Shown piece after piece: positions 30,201 through 40,000 of a stretch of 64,000 nucleotides of DNA (position 1 is its first letter; each line of letters opens with the position of its first letter). The translations under genes were made by a program, and so were the position numbers. Under the pieces are notes generated by a model. The model ran no database searches. It was not told the DNA's origin and saw only the letters and a program-made list of their open reading frames with translations. The DNA is from an uncultured Holophagales bacterium (GTDB lineage Bacteria; Acidobacteriota; Thermoanaerobaculia; Multivoradales; UBA5704), in assembly GCA_963842525.1 (NCBI GenBank), contig CAWJGT010000019.1, positions 192,001 to 256,000 on the forward strand. The letters are read 5' to 3'.

Positions 30201-33200
30201 GAGGTCGAGGCCGCGCTGCTGGAGCATCCGGGGATCGGCGCCTGCGCGGTCCTCGCGCAGGGGACGCAAGGCCTGGTCGCCTATATGGTGCCGTCCGGGG
30301 AGGTCATTCCGACATCCGCCGAGCTCCGCAGCTTCCTTGCGGCGAAGCTGCCGTCCCCGGTGGTGCCTTCAGCGTTCGTGACGCTCGACGCCCTGCCGCT
30401 CAGCCCCGTCGGCAAGCTGGACCGCCGCGCCCTGGCCGCCCTGGCGCCGCCTGTCGAGGCCTCCGTCGGCGCGCACCTGCCGCCGCGCACCGCCACCGAG
30501 GAGATCGTCGCCGCGGTCTGGGCGGATCTCCTGGACGTCGAGCGCGTGGGCGTGGACGACAACTTCTTTGCGCTCGGCGGCCACTCCCTGCTCGGCATTC
30601 AGATGCTGTCGCGCGTGCGCACCCTGCTGCGGGTCGAGCTGCCGGTGCGCGCCCTGTTCGAGGAGCCGGCGCTCGCGGGCTTCGCTGCCCGCGTGGACTC
30701 GGTATTGGCGGCATCGGCGGCATCGGCGGCATCGCGCGAGGGCGCCGCCGCCCCACCGCCCCCCCTCCAGAGGATCGACCGGCACGGGGACCGGGAGGGC
30801 GGAGGGAGACTGCCGCTCTCCTTCGCCCAGGAGCGGCTCTGGTTCCTCGAGCAGCTCGAGCCGGGAACCGCGTTCTACAACATTCCCTCGGCCACCCGCT
30901 TCAACGGGCCTCTGCGGGTCGGCGTCCTGCGCCGCGGCTTCGCGGAGATCGTGCGCCGCCACGAGTCGCTGCGCACCACGTTCGGCGCGGCGCACGGCCA
31001 GCCCTTCCAGGTCATCGCACCCGACGTTGCCCTGCAGACGCCGGAGATGCCGATGATCGACCTGTCGGCGCTCGACGGCAGGGCACGTGACGCGGAGCTG
31101 CTGCGCCTGGCCACCGACGAGGTGCGGCGCCCGTTCGACCTGCAGCGCGGCCCGCTCGTGCGCGCTCCGCTCTTCCGGCTGGCGGCGTACGACCACGTCC
31201 TGGTGTCGACCCTGCACCACATCATCTCCGACGGCTGGTCGACGACCGTCCTGATCCGCGAGATGGCGGCGCTCTACGAGGCTTTCTCCGCGGGCCGTCC
31301 GTCGCCCCTGCCGGAGCTGCCCATCCAGTATGCCGACTACGCGGTCTGGCAGCGCAGCCACCTCCAGGGCGAGGCGCTCGCGGCCGAGGTTGCCTGGTGG
31401 CGCCGGCGCCTGGCCGGGCTGACGAGCCTCCAGCTCCCGGCCGACCGGCCGCGCCCGCCGGTCGAGACCTTCCGCGGCCGGCGGCGCCCCGCCGGGCTGT
31501 CGGGCGGGCTCACCGGCGCTCTCCACGAGCTGGGCCGCGGCGAGGGGGTCACGCTCTTCATGACTCTGCTCGCGGCCTTCCAGACGATGCTCCTGCGCTA
31601 CAGCGGGCAGACCGATCTGGCGGTGGGCTCGCCGATCGCCAACCGCAACCGCAGCGAGACCGAAGAGGTGATCGGCTTCTTCGCCAACACCCTGGTGCTG
31701 CGCACCGACCTGTCCGGAGATCCGACCTTCCGCGAGCTGCTGGCGCGGGTGCGGGAGGTGACCCTGGGGGCCTACGCGCACGAGAACCTGCCGTTCGAGA
31801 AGATCGTCCTGGAGCTCCAGCCGGAGCGCGACATGAGCCGCAATCCGCTGTTCCAGGTGATGTGCGTGCTGCAGAACCAGCCCTGGAAGGCGGCGCCGCT
31901 GCGCGACCTGGAGATCTCGGGGCTGAGCCTCGATACGGCGACGGCGAAGTTCGACCTGACCCTGTTCTGGCAGGAGACGGGGGGCGTGCTCGGCGCCCTC
32001 CTCGAGCACAACACCGACCTGTTCAACGATGCCACGGCGTGGCGGATGTACGAGCACTGCGTGGCCATCCTGCGCGCCGGCGCGGAAGACCCGGACCGCC
32101 GGGTCGGCGCCCTGCCGCTGCTCGCCGAGGCCGAGCGGCACCAGCTCCTGCGGGAGTGGAGCGAGCCCACCGGCTCAACCGAATGGAAGGGCCGCTGCGT
32201 ACATCATCAGGTGGAGGAGCAGGCTGCTCGCACGCCTGGAAGGGTGGCGGTGATCGACGGCGAGCGGTCGCTGACCTACGCCGGGCTCGACGCCCGGGCC
32301 AACCGCCTGGCGCACGGCCTGCGCCGGCGCGGGGTGGGGCCGGAGTCGCTGGTGGGCATCTGCGTCGAGCGTTCGCTGGAGATGCTGGTCGCCGCCCTGG
32401 CGGTGGCCAAGGCGGGCGGCGCGCTGGTGGCGCTCGATCCGGCCTATCCGCGCGAGCGGCTGGCCACCATCATCGACGACGCCGGCCTCGCCGTGCTGCT
32501 GACCCAGGAGGAGCTGCTCACCAGCTTCCCGGAGCACGAGCACATCGCACTCCTCTATGAGCGCGGGGCCGACCTGTTCCCGGAGGAGAGCGAGAGCACC
32601 CCGGAGCGCGGGGTCGATCTCGACAATCCGATCTATGCCATCTACACCTCGGGCTCGACGGGCCAGCCGAAAGGGATCGTGGTCACCCACCGGGCCTTCT
32701 CCAGCCTGATCGACTGGCAGCTCCGGGCGGCGGACCTGCGGCCGGGAGCGAAGACGGTGGCGCTCTCCACCTTCGGCTTCTGCGTCAGCTTCCAGGAGAT
32801 GTTCTCCTGCTGGTGCTCGGGCGGCACCCTGGTGGTGGCCGACGAGATGACGCGGCGGGATGTCGGCGGTCTGGGCGCCTTCCTGGAGGAGCACGGGATC
32901 GAGCGCCTGCACCTGCCGTTTGCCGCGCTCAAGCATCTGGCAGAGGCGGCGGACCGGGAGCGGCTGCCCGCTGGGCTGCGGGAGGTGATCACGGCGGGCG
33001 AGCAGCTCCAGGTCACGCCGGCGGTGCGGTCGCTCTTCGAGCGGCTGCCCGGGTGCGTCCTGTCGAACCAGTACGGGGCGTCGGAGACGCACGTCATCAG
33101 CGCCCTGACGCTCACCGGGGAGCCCGCGGCCTGGCCGGCCATCCCGCCGGTCGGGCGGCCGGTGGACCGGGTGCGGATCCACCTGCTCGCTCCAGGCCTC

Positions 33201-34043
33201 CAGCCGGTTCCGGTGGGCGTGGCGGGCGAGCTGTATGCAGGGGGCGTCTGCCTGCCGCGGTGTTATCTGAACGACCCTGTGCTGACGGCGCAGAAGCTGG
33301 TGCCCGATCCGTACGGGGCGGAGCCTGGAGCCCGCCTGTATCGCACGGGTGACGCGGCGCGCTACCTCTCCGGCGGCCGGATCGTGTATCATGGCCGCAT
33401 TGACACCCAGGTCAAGGTCCGGGGGTTCCGGATCGAATTGGGTGAGGTGGAGACGGTGCTGGCGCGCCACCCTCGGGTGCGCGACGCCGCGGTGGTAGCA
33501 AAGGCGGCCAAGGCGGACGGTCACCGGCTGGTGGCCTATGTAGTGGCCCATTCGGAGTCGGCGGATTTCGGTGAAATCCGCGCCTACCTCAAGCAGAAGC
33601 TCCCCGAGTTCATGGTTCCGGCGGCGTTCGTCGAGGTGTTGGCGCTACCGCTCAACGCCAACGGCAAGCTCGACCTGACGGCGTTACCCGAGCCGGGCGT
33701 GCAGGCCGCGCGAGCCTATGTGGCGCCGCGCACGGAGATCGAGCAGTTGCTGGTGAAGATCTACGCGGACCTCCTGAAGATCGAGAGAGTAGGGATCCAC
33801 GACAACTTCTTCGAGCTGGGCGGGCACTCCCTGCTGGGCACGCGGCTGATGGCGCAGATCCGGGAGACGGTCGGCATCGACCTCAGGGTGCGGATGCTCT
33901 TCGAGCTCCCGACGGTCGCGGAGATGGGGGAGGCGGTCGCGCAGGCGCTGATGGAGGAGACCGACGACGAGGCGCTGGCGGCGGTGCTGGCGGAGCTCGA
34001 GCGGGAAGAGATGTCCGCAGAGGTTTTGGAGGGGGCTGCATGA
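24222..34043 (+). CDS. NRPS 1: C-A-T, C-A-T, C-A(Pro-clade, D235C)-T
   Basis: Three HHI(I/V)SDGWS condensation motifs, three YTSGSTGxPKG, three GGHSL carrier motifs; GGAGG RBS; no E, MT or TE domain. Confidence 0.96.
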   Translation: MVEKSRILADLSADQRHALLERLREKKLAQRGPGIRPRPVGLHPLPLAFAQERLWFLDQLEKGSAAYNLLFGVRLTGRLDRRALRRTLAELVRRHESLRTTFGQREGRPFQAVAPPAAPPLPWIDLSGVPASAGEAELLRVLRDEAAYPYDLECGPLLRCKLLRFRPDDHALAVAMHHIISDGWSMAVFLREMSDLYTAFAAGRPSPLPEPEIQYADFAVWQREHLSGATLETELAWWRERLAGLPVLELPTDRPRPARQSQRGAEARLTLDAAVAGRVHELGHREGATPFMVLLAVWKALLFRSTGQIDFAVGSPVANREHAEVAGLIGFFVNTLVLRTDLAGGPGFRELLGRVRRTSIAAYDHTALPFEKLVEHLQPERSGGNPLFQVLCHMQNQPWPELRIGDVRLAILDLGTQVAKLDLSLGWREEDGRLEGRLEYATDLYETASVERMLHCYGTLLDGALDDLERDVTELPLLDEAERQQLLREATGPAHARHAGQDRIEGRCIHHRIEEHAARTPEAPAVEGLTYRELNERANRLAWWLRAQGIGLEARVGVLFERSPEMVVAALGVLKAGAAYVPLDPSYPAERLAFLATDSQARLGSTDRPVIVTREGLAGLLPEDLARRARIVRLDADAANAADTAELARQPPGNPPPRATPGNLAYVVYTSGSTGQPKGAAVPHAALSRLVDWYAQAFGATPADRASWIASPAFDPAVREVWSCLACGAWLRIPDEGVRSEPARLAAWLADEGITLTYMPAPLAQAALPGPWPEDLRLRVFTVGGDRLVRRPPAGAPFQVYNLYGPAECTVNATCGRVEPHGTDLPSLGAPIAGARVYVVDPWGGLTPAGVPGEIWIGGWGVGRGYLDRPSWTAERFVPDAFGTAGDTAGERLYRTGDLGRRRPGGPLEFLGRIDHQVKVRGVRIELGEVEAALHAHPGVAACAVLVRDTSLVAYLVPADGAGPNSADLRRHLARRLPAAMVPAAFVVLDALPLNPNGKVDRRALARLEPPAGEAHAAAGAHVPPRTATEEILAAVWADLLGVERVGAHDDFFALGGHSLLGIQVLSRLRTLFGVELPVRALFEEPALAGFAARMDAVLAGLHESAVPAAAPLERVAREGRLPLSFAQERLWFLERLEPGTAFYNVPSATRFRGPLEVDVLRRGFAELVWRHEALRTTFDEENGRPFQVIAPAVAAEMPLIDLSALPGPLFDAELLRQATAEARRPFDLRRGPLVRTSLFRLAPQDHVLVSTLHHIVSDGWSMTVLIREMAALYEAFCDGRPSPLPELPVQYADYALWQRGWLQGAVLAAEIEWWRARLAGVPALQLPTDRPRLPVETFRGRQRPAGISAEMTGALHELSRREGVTLFMTLLAAFQTMLLRYSGQTDLAVGSPIANRNRSETEGVIGFFVNTLVLRTDLSCDPTFRKLLARVREVALGAYAHENLPFEKIVLELQPERDTSRNPLFQVMCVLQNQPWKAVRLRDLEISGLSLDTATAKLDLTLSWSTAGDALGALLEHNTDLFDDATAWRMYACCVAVLRAGVEDPDCRLGALPLLGEAERRQLLAEAAGPPCAWDGRCVHYRMEEQAARFPEAPAVDGLTYGELNARANRLAWWLRAQGAGPEMRVAVLLERSPAMVVAWLGVLKAGAAYVPLDPFYPADRLAWFLADSQAGVARPLVVTREGLAGLLPALQELPEDTVGRACILRLDADADELTRYGPGNPPALAMPENLAYVIYTSGSTGRPKGVAVAHSTVSRMADWHREAFGVTPADVATQVTSPAFDPAVWEIWSCLCCGASLRVPDDDVRAAPARLIAWMADQGITFGYMPTPLAEAAFAVQPWPAHLRLRVFVLGGDRLHRRPAADVPFAVYSLYGVTEGTVNSAGGRVAPHGRELPSIGRPIAGVRIHLLDSRGELVPAGVPGEVWIGGGLARGYLGRPDWTAERFLPDPFSGEPGERLYRTGDLARQRPGGDLDFLGRIDHQVKVRGLRIEPGEVEAALLEHPGIGACAVLAQGTQGLVAYMVPSGEVIPTSAELRSFLAAKLPSPVVPSAFVTLDALPLSPVGKLDRRALAALAPPVEASVGAHLPPRTATEEIVAAVWADLLDVERVGVDDNFFALGGHSLLGIQMLSRVRTLLRVELPVRALFEEPALAGFAARVDSVLAASAASAASREGAAAPPPPLQRIDRHGDREGGGRLPLSFAQERLWFLEQLEPGTAFYNIPSATRFNGPLRVGVLRRGFAEIVRRHESLRTTFGAAHGQPFQVIAPDVALQTPEMPMIDLSALDGRARDAELLRLATDEVRRPFDLQRGPLVRAPLFRLAAYDHVLVSTLHHIISDGWSTTVLIREMAALYEAFSAGRPSPLPELPIQYADYAVWQRSHLQGEALAAEVAWWRRRLAGLTSLQLPADRPRPPVETFRGRRRPAGLSGGLTGALHELGRGEGVTLFMTLLAAFQTMLLRYSGQTDLAVGSPIANRNRSETEEVIGFFANTLVLRTDLSGDPTFRELLARVREVTLGAYAHENLPFEKIVLELQPERDMSRNPLFQVMCVLQNQPWKAAPLRDLEISGLSLDTATAKFDLTLFWQETGGVLGALLEHNTDLFNDATAWRMYEHCVAILRAGAEDPDRRVGALPLLAEAERHQLLREWSEPTGSTEWKGRCVHHQVEEQAARTPGRVAVIDGERSLTYAGLDARANRLAHGLRRRGVGPESLVGICVERSLEMLVAALAVAKAGGALVALDPAYPRERLATIIDDAGLAVLLTQEELLTSFPEHEHIALLYERGADLFPEESESTPERGVDLDNPIYAIYTSGSTGQPKGIVVTHRAFSSLIDWQLRAADLRPGAKTVALSTFGFCVSFQEMFSCWCSGGTLVVADEMTRRDVGGLGAFLEEHGIERLHLPFAALKHLAEAADRERLPAGLREVITAGEQLQVTPAVRSLFERLPGCVLSNQYGASETHVISALTLTGEPAAWPAIPPVGRPVDRVRIHLLAPGLQPVPVGVAGELYAGGVCLPRCYLNDPVLTAQKLVPDPYGAEPGARLYRTGDAARYLSGGRIVYHGRIDTQVKVRGFRIELGEVETVLARHPRVRDAAVVAKAAKADGHRLVAYVVAHSESADFGEIRAYLKQKLPEFMVPAAFVEVLALPLNANGKLDLTALPEPGVQAARAYVAPRTEIEQLLVKIYADLLKIERVGIHDNFFELGGHSLLGTRLMAQIRETVGIDLRVRMLFELPTVAEMGEAVAQALMEETDDEALAAVLAELEREEMSAEVLEGAA

Positions 34044-37000
34044 ACGAGCGAGCCAGGGTCCTGGAGGGTCTGTCCACCGACCAGCGCCATGCGCTGCTCG
34101 AGCGGCTGCGGGAGAAGAAGCTCGCGCAGCGCGGGCCGGGCATCCGGCCGCGGCCGGCCGGTCTGCGCACCTTGCCGCTGTCTTTCGCCCAGGAGCGCCT
34201 CTGGTTCCTCGACCAGCTCGAGAAGGGGTCCGCCACCTACAACCTCCTGTTCGGGGTGCGCCTGACCGGCCGCCTCGACCGCCGTGCCCTGCAGCGCACC
34301 CTGGTCGAGCTGGTGCGCCGCCACGAGTCCCTGCGCACCACCTTCGGCCAGCGGGAGGGCCGGGCCTTCCAGACCATCGCGCCCTCGGCGGCGCCGCCCC
34401 TTCCGTGGATCGACGTCGCCGGTCTGCCGGAGGCCGCGGGCGCGGCGGAGCTGCTGCGCATCCTGCGCGACGAGGCGCTGCTGCCCTTCGACCTGGAGCG
34501 CGGCCCGCTGCTGCGCTGCAAGCTCCTCCGCTTCAGCCCCGAGGACCATGCGCTCGCCGTGGCGATGCACCACATCGTCTCCGACGGCTGGTCGATGGCG
34601 GTCTTCCTGCGCGAGATGTCGGACCTGTATGCCGCCTTTGCCGCCGGCCGGCCTTCGCCGCTGCCGGAGCCGGGGCTCCAGTACGCCGACTTCGCCGTCT
34701 GGCAGCGCGAGCACCTGAGCGGTGCGGCCCTCGACGCCGAGATCGCCTGGTGGCGGCAGCGGCTGGACGGGCTGCCGGTTCTCGAGCTGCCGGTCGACCG
34801 GCCGCGGCCGGCGCGGCAGAGCCACCGCGGCGAGTCGGTGCGGCTGACCCTGGACCCCGCCGTGACCGCGCGCATCTACGCGCTCGGGCATCGCGAGGGG
34901 GCCACCCCGTTCATGATCCTGCTTGCCGTCTGGAAGGCGCTGCTCCTCCGCACCACGGGGCAGACCGACTTCGCGGTGGGCTCCCCGGTGGCCAACCGCG
35001 AGCACGCCGAGATCGCGAACCTGATCGGGTTTTTCGTCAACACGCTGGTGCTGCGCACCGACCTGTCGGGCGGCCCCGGCTTCCGCGCGCTGCTCGGCCG
35101 GGTACGGGCGACGTCGATCGCCGCCTACGACCATGCGGAGCTGCCGTTCGAGAAGCTTGTGGAGCATCTGCAGCCCGAGCGCTCCGGGGGGCGCAATCCG
35201 CTCGTCCAGGTGATCTGCGTGATGCAGAACCATTCCTGGCCGGAGCTGCGGATCGGCGACGTCCAGCTCAAGCTCCTGGAATTCGGGACCCAGATCGCGA
35301 AGTTCAACCTGAGCCTGGGCTGGAGCGAGGAGGACGGCCGGCTCGAGGGCGGGCTGGAGTACGCCACCGACCTCTACGAAGCCGCGACCATCGAGCGCAT
35401 GCTGGGCCACTACCGGATGCTTCTCGACGGCGTGCTCGACGACCTGGAGACGGATGTCACGGAGCTCCCGCTGTTCGCCGCCGCCGAACGGCGGCAGCTC
35501 CTCGGCGAAGCGAGCGGGCCGGCGCATGACCGGCATGCCGGGATCGACGGCCGCTGCATCCACCACCGGATCGAGGAGCAAGCGGCGCGGACGCCCGAGG
35601 CGCCCGCCGTCGAGGACCTGACCTACCGGGAGCTCAACGCGCGCGCCAACCGGCTGGCGTGGTGGCTGCGCGCCCACGGGGTCGGCCCCGAGGCGCGGGT
35701 CGCCGTGCTCTTCGAGCGCTCGCCCGAGATGGTGGTGGCCGCGCTGGGAGCGTTCAAGGCCGGGGCGGCCTATGTGCCGCTCGATCCCACCTACCCGGCG
35801 GAGCGCCTCGGCTTCCTCGCCACCGATTCGCAGGCAGGCGTGGACAGGCCGGTGATCGTGACCCGCGAGGATCTGGTCAGGCTGCTGCCGGAGGAGACGC
35901 AGCAACGGGCGCGGATCATCCGCCTGGACGCCGACGCAGAGGATCTGGCCCGCCAGGAGGCCGGCAATCCGCCGTCCTCCGTCACGCCCGAGAACCTCTG
36001 CTACATCATCTACACCTCGGGATCGACCGGCCGGCCCAAAGGCTCGGCGCTCCCGCATGCCACCCTCTCCCGCCTGGTGGACTGGCACCGCGAGGCGTTC
36101 GGCGTGACGCCGGCCGACCGTGCGAGCTGGATCGCGAGCCCGGCCTTCGACCCCGCGGTGTGGGAGGTCTGGTCGTGCCTCTGCTGTGGCGCCTGGCTGC
36201 GCATCCCGGACGAGCGCGTGCGCTCCGAGCCCGCGCGGCTGGCGGCCTGGCTCGCGGACGAGGGCATCACCTTCGCCTACATGCCGACGCCGCTCGCCGA
36301 GGCGGTGTTCCCCGGGCCCTGGCCGGAGGACCTGCGGCTGCGGGCGCTCACCCTCGGCGGCGACCGCCTGGTGCGCCGGCCTCCCGCCGAGGCGACGTTC
36401 GAGGTCTACAACCTCTACGGGCCGGCCGAGTGCACCGTGAACTCGACCTTCGGCCTGGTCGAGCCGCACGGGACGGACCTGCCCCATCTGGGCACCCCGG
36501 TCGCGGGGGTACGCGTCTACGTGGCCGATCCCTGGGGAAGCCTCGCTCCGGCCGGCATTCCCGGCGAGATCTGGGTCGGCGGCGCCGGGATCGGCCGTGG
36601 TTATCTCGACCGCCCGGTCTGGACGGCCGAGCGCTTCGTGCCCGACGGATTCGGTGATGGAATCGGAGAGAGGCTCTATCGCACCGGCGACCTGGGGCGG
36701 CGCCGGCCGGGCGGGCCCCTCGAATTCCTCGGCCGCATCGACCACCAGGTCAAGATCCGCGGCATCCGGGTGGAGCTGGGCGAGGTCGAGGCGATCCTGC
36801 AGGAGCATCCCGAGGTCGGCACCTGTGTGGTGATTGCACGGCAGGACCGGCCGGGGGACAAGGCCCTGGTGGCGTATCTGACGCGGGCCGAGGGAGTCGC
36901 AGAGGGACCGGATCCGGGCGAGCTCCGCCGCCATCTTGCGACGCGTCTGCCGGCGGCCATGGTGCCCTCTGCGTTCGTCGTGCTCGACGCCCTGCCGCTC

Positions 37001-40000
37001 AACCCCAACGGCAAGGTGGACCGCCGCGCGTTGGCGCGCCTGGAGCCGCCGGCCGACGACGCCCGCGCCTCGTCTGCCGGCGAGCACGTGCCGCCGCGCA
37101 CCGCCACGGAGGAGATCCTCGCCGCCATCTGGGCCGACCTCCTGGGGGTCGAGCGCGTGGGCGTCCACGACAGCTTCTTCGATCTGGGCGGGCACTCGCT
37201 GCTCGGCGTCCAGGTCCTGTCGCGCCTGCGCACCCTGTTCCGGGTCGAGCTGTCCGTCCGCACCCTGTTCGAGGAGCCGACGCTGGAGGGCTTCGCGGCC
37301 CAGGTGGACGCGGCGCTCCGCGCGAGCGCCGGCACCGCGGCGCCGCCGCTTGAGCGGGTGCCCCGTCAGGATCGCCAGAGAGTAGTGCTCTCCTTCGCCC
37401 AGGAGCGGCTCTGGTTCCTGGAGCAGCTCGAGCCGGGGACGGCCTTCTACAACATCCCTGCGGCCACGCGCCTCGCCGGGCCGTTGCGGGTGGACGTCCT
37501 GCGCGGCGGTTTCGCGGAGCTGGTGCGCCGTCACGAGTCGCTGCGTACCACCTTCGGCGAAGAGCACGGCCAGGCCTTCCAGGTCATCGCCCCGGCCGCT
37601 GCCGCGGAAATGCCGTTGATCGACCTGGCCTCGCTGCCGCAGGTACCGGACAACCCGGTGCGTGGCGCCGAGCTGCTGCGCCTGGCCACCGCCGAGGTGC
37701 GGCGCTCGTTCGACCTGCAGCGCGGCCCACTCGTCCGCACGACCCTCTTCCGGGTGACGCCGGAGGACCATGTCCTGGTGTCGACCATGCACCACATCGT
37801 CTCCGACGGCTGGTCGATGACCGTCCTCGTCCGCGAGATGGCGGAGCTCTACGGCGCTTTCGCCGCGGGGCTCCCGTCCCCGCTTCCCGAGCTGCCCATC
37901 CAGTACGCCGACTATGCGGTCTGGCAGCGCAGCTATCTCCAGGGGGTGGTGCTGGAGGCCGAGATCGAATGGTGGCGTGCGCGCCTGGCCGGGGTGCCGG
38001 CGCTTCAGCTCCCCACCGACCGGCCGCGTCCGCCGGTCGAGACCTTCCGCGGCCGGCAGCGCCCCTCGGGGCTGTCGGCCGGGCTCACCGGCGCTCTCCA
38101 GGAGCTGAGCCGCGGCGAGGGCGTGAGCCTCTTCATGACCCTGCTCGCCGCCTTCCAGACGATGCTCTTCCGCTACAGCGGGCAGACCGACCTGGCGGTG
38201 GGCTCGCCGATCGCCAACCGTAACCGCAGCGAGACCGAAGAGGTGATCGGCTTCTTCGCCAACACCCTGGTTTTGCGCACCGACCTGTCCGGTGATCCGA
38301 GCTTCCGCGAGTTGCTGGCGCGGGTGCGGGAGGTGACCCTGGGGGCCTACGCGCACGAGAACCTGCCGTTCGAAAAGATCGTCATGGAGCTCCAGCCGGA
38401 CCGCGACATGAGCCGCAACCCGCTCTTCCAGGCCATGTGCGTGCTGCAGAACCAGCCGTTCAGGGCGGCGCCGCTGCGCGACCTGGAGATCTCGGGGCTG
38501 AGCCTCGATACGGCGACGGCGAAGTTCGACCTGACCCTCTTCTGGCAGGAGACGGGGGGCGTGCTCAGCGCTCTCCTGGAGCACAACACCGACCTGTTCG
38601 ACGACGCCACGGCATGGCGGATGTACGAGCACTGCGTGGCGATCCTGCGTGCCGGCGTCGAGGACCCGGACCAGCGGGTTGGCGCTCTGCCGCTGCTCGC
38701 CGAGGCCGAGCGGCATCAGCTCCTGCGCGAGTGGAGCGGACCCGCAAGCTCGACAGATTGGGCCGGCCGCTGCGTCCATCACCAGGTGGAGGAGCAGGTG
38801 GCGCGCACACCCGGCGGGGTGGCGGTGATCGACGGCGGACGGTCGCTGACCTACGCCGAGCTCCACGCCCGCGCCAACCGCCTGGCGCACGGCCTGCGCC
38901 GGCACGGTGTGGGGCCGGAGTCGCTGGTGGGCATCTGCGTCGAGCGCTCGCTGGAGATGGTCGTGGCGGGCCTGGCGGTGGCGAAGGCGGGCGGCGCCCT
39001 GGTGGCGCTCGATCCGGCCTATCCGCGCGAGCGGCTGGCCACCATCATCGATGACGCGGGCCTCGCCGTGCTGCTGACCCAGGAGGCGCTGCTGGAGAGC
39101 TTCCCCCAGCATGAGCACATCGCCCTCCTCTATGAGCAGGGGGCCGACCTGTTCCCGGAGGAGAGCACGGCGAATCCGGACAGCGGGGTCGACCTCGATC
39201 ATCCCATCTATGCGATCTACACCTCGGGCTCGACGGGGCAGCCGAAGGGGATCGTGGTGACTCACCGCGCGTTCGCCAGCCTGCTCGCCTGGCAACTGGA
39301 TGCGCCGGGCCTGCGTCCGGGGGCGCGGACGGTGGCGCTCTCCACCTTCGGCTTCTGCGTCAGCTTTCAGGAGATGCTCTCCTCCTGGTGCTCGGGCGGC
39401 ACGCTGGTGGTGGCCGACGAGATGACGCGGCGCGACATCCTCGGGCTGGCCTCGTTCCTGGAGGCGTACGGTATCGAGCGGCTGCACCTGCCGTTCGCCG
39501 CGCTCAAGCACCTGGCCGAGGCCTTCTCGGCCCAGACGGCGGGCGGGGGCCTGCTGCCGTCGCGTCTGACCGAGGTGATCACGGCGGGCGAGCAGCTCCA
39601 GGTCACGCCGGCGGTGCGATTGCTGTTCGAGCGCCTGCCCGGATGCGCGCTGTCGAACCAGTACGGTGCGTCGGAGACGCACGTGATCAGCGCTCTGACG
39701 CTCCCGGGCGCGCCCGGGGAGTGGCCGGCGATCCCGCCGGTGGGGCGGCCGGTGGCGCGGGTGCGCATCCACCTGCTCGATGCGGGCCTCCAGCCGGTGC
39801 CGGTCGGTGTGGCCGGCGAGCTCTTCGCGGGAGGCGTCTGCCCGCCGCGATGCTATCTGAACGATCCGGTGCTGACGGCGCAGAAGCTGGTGCCCGATCC
39901 GTACAGCGCGGAGCCCGGGGCGCGTCTCTACCGCACGGGCGACGCGGCGCGCTACCTGGCCGACGGCCGCATCGAGTACTACGGCCGGATCGACACCCAG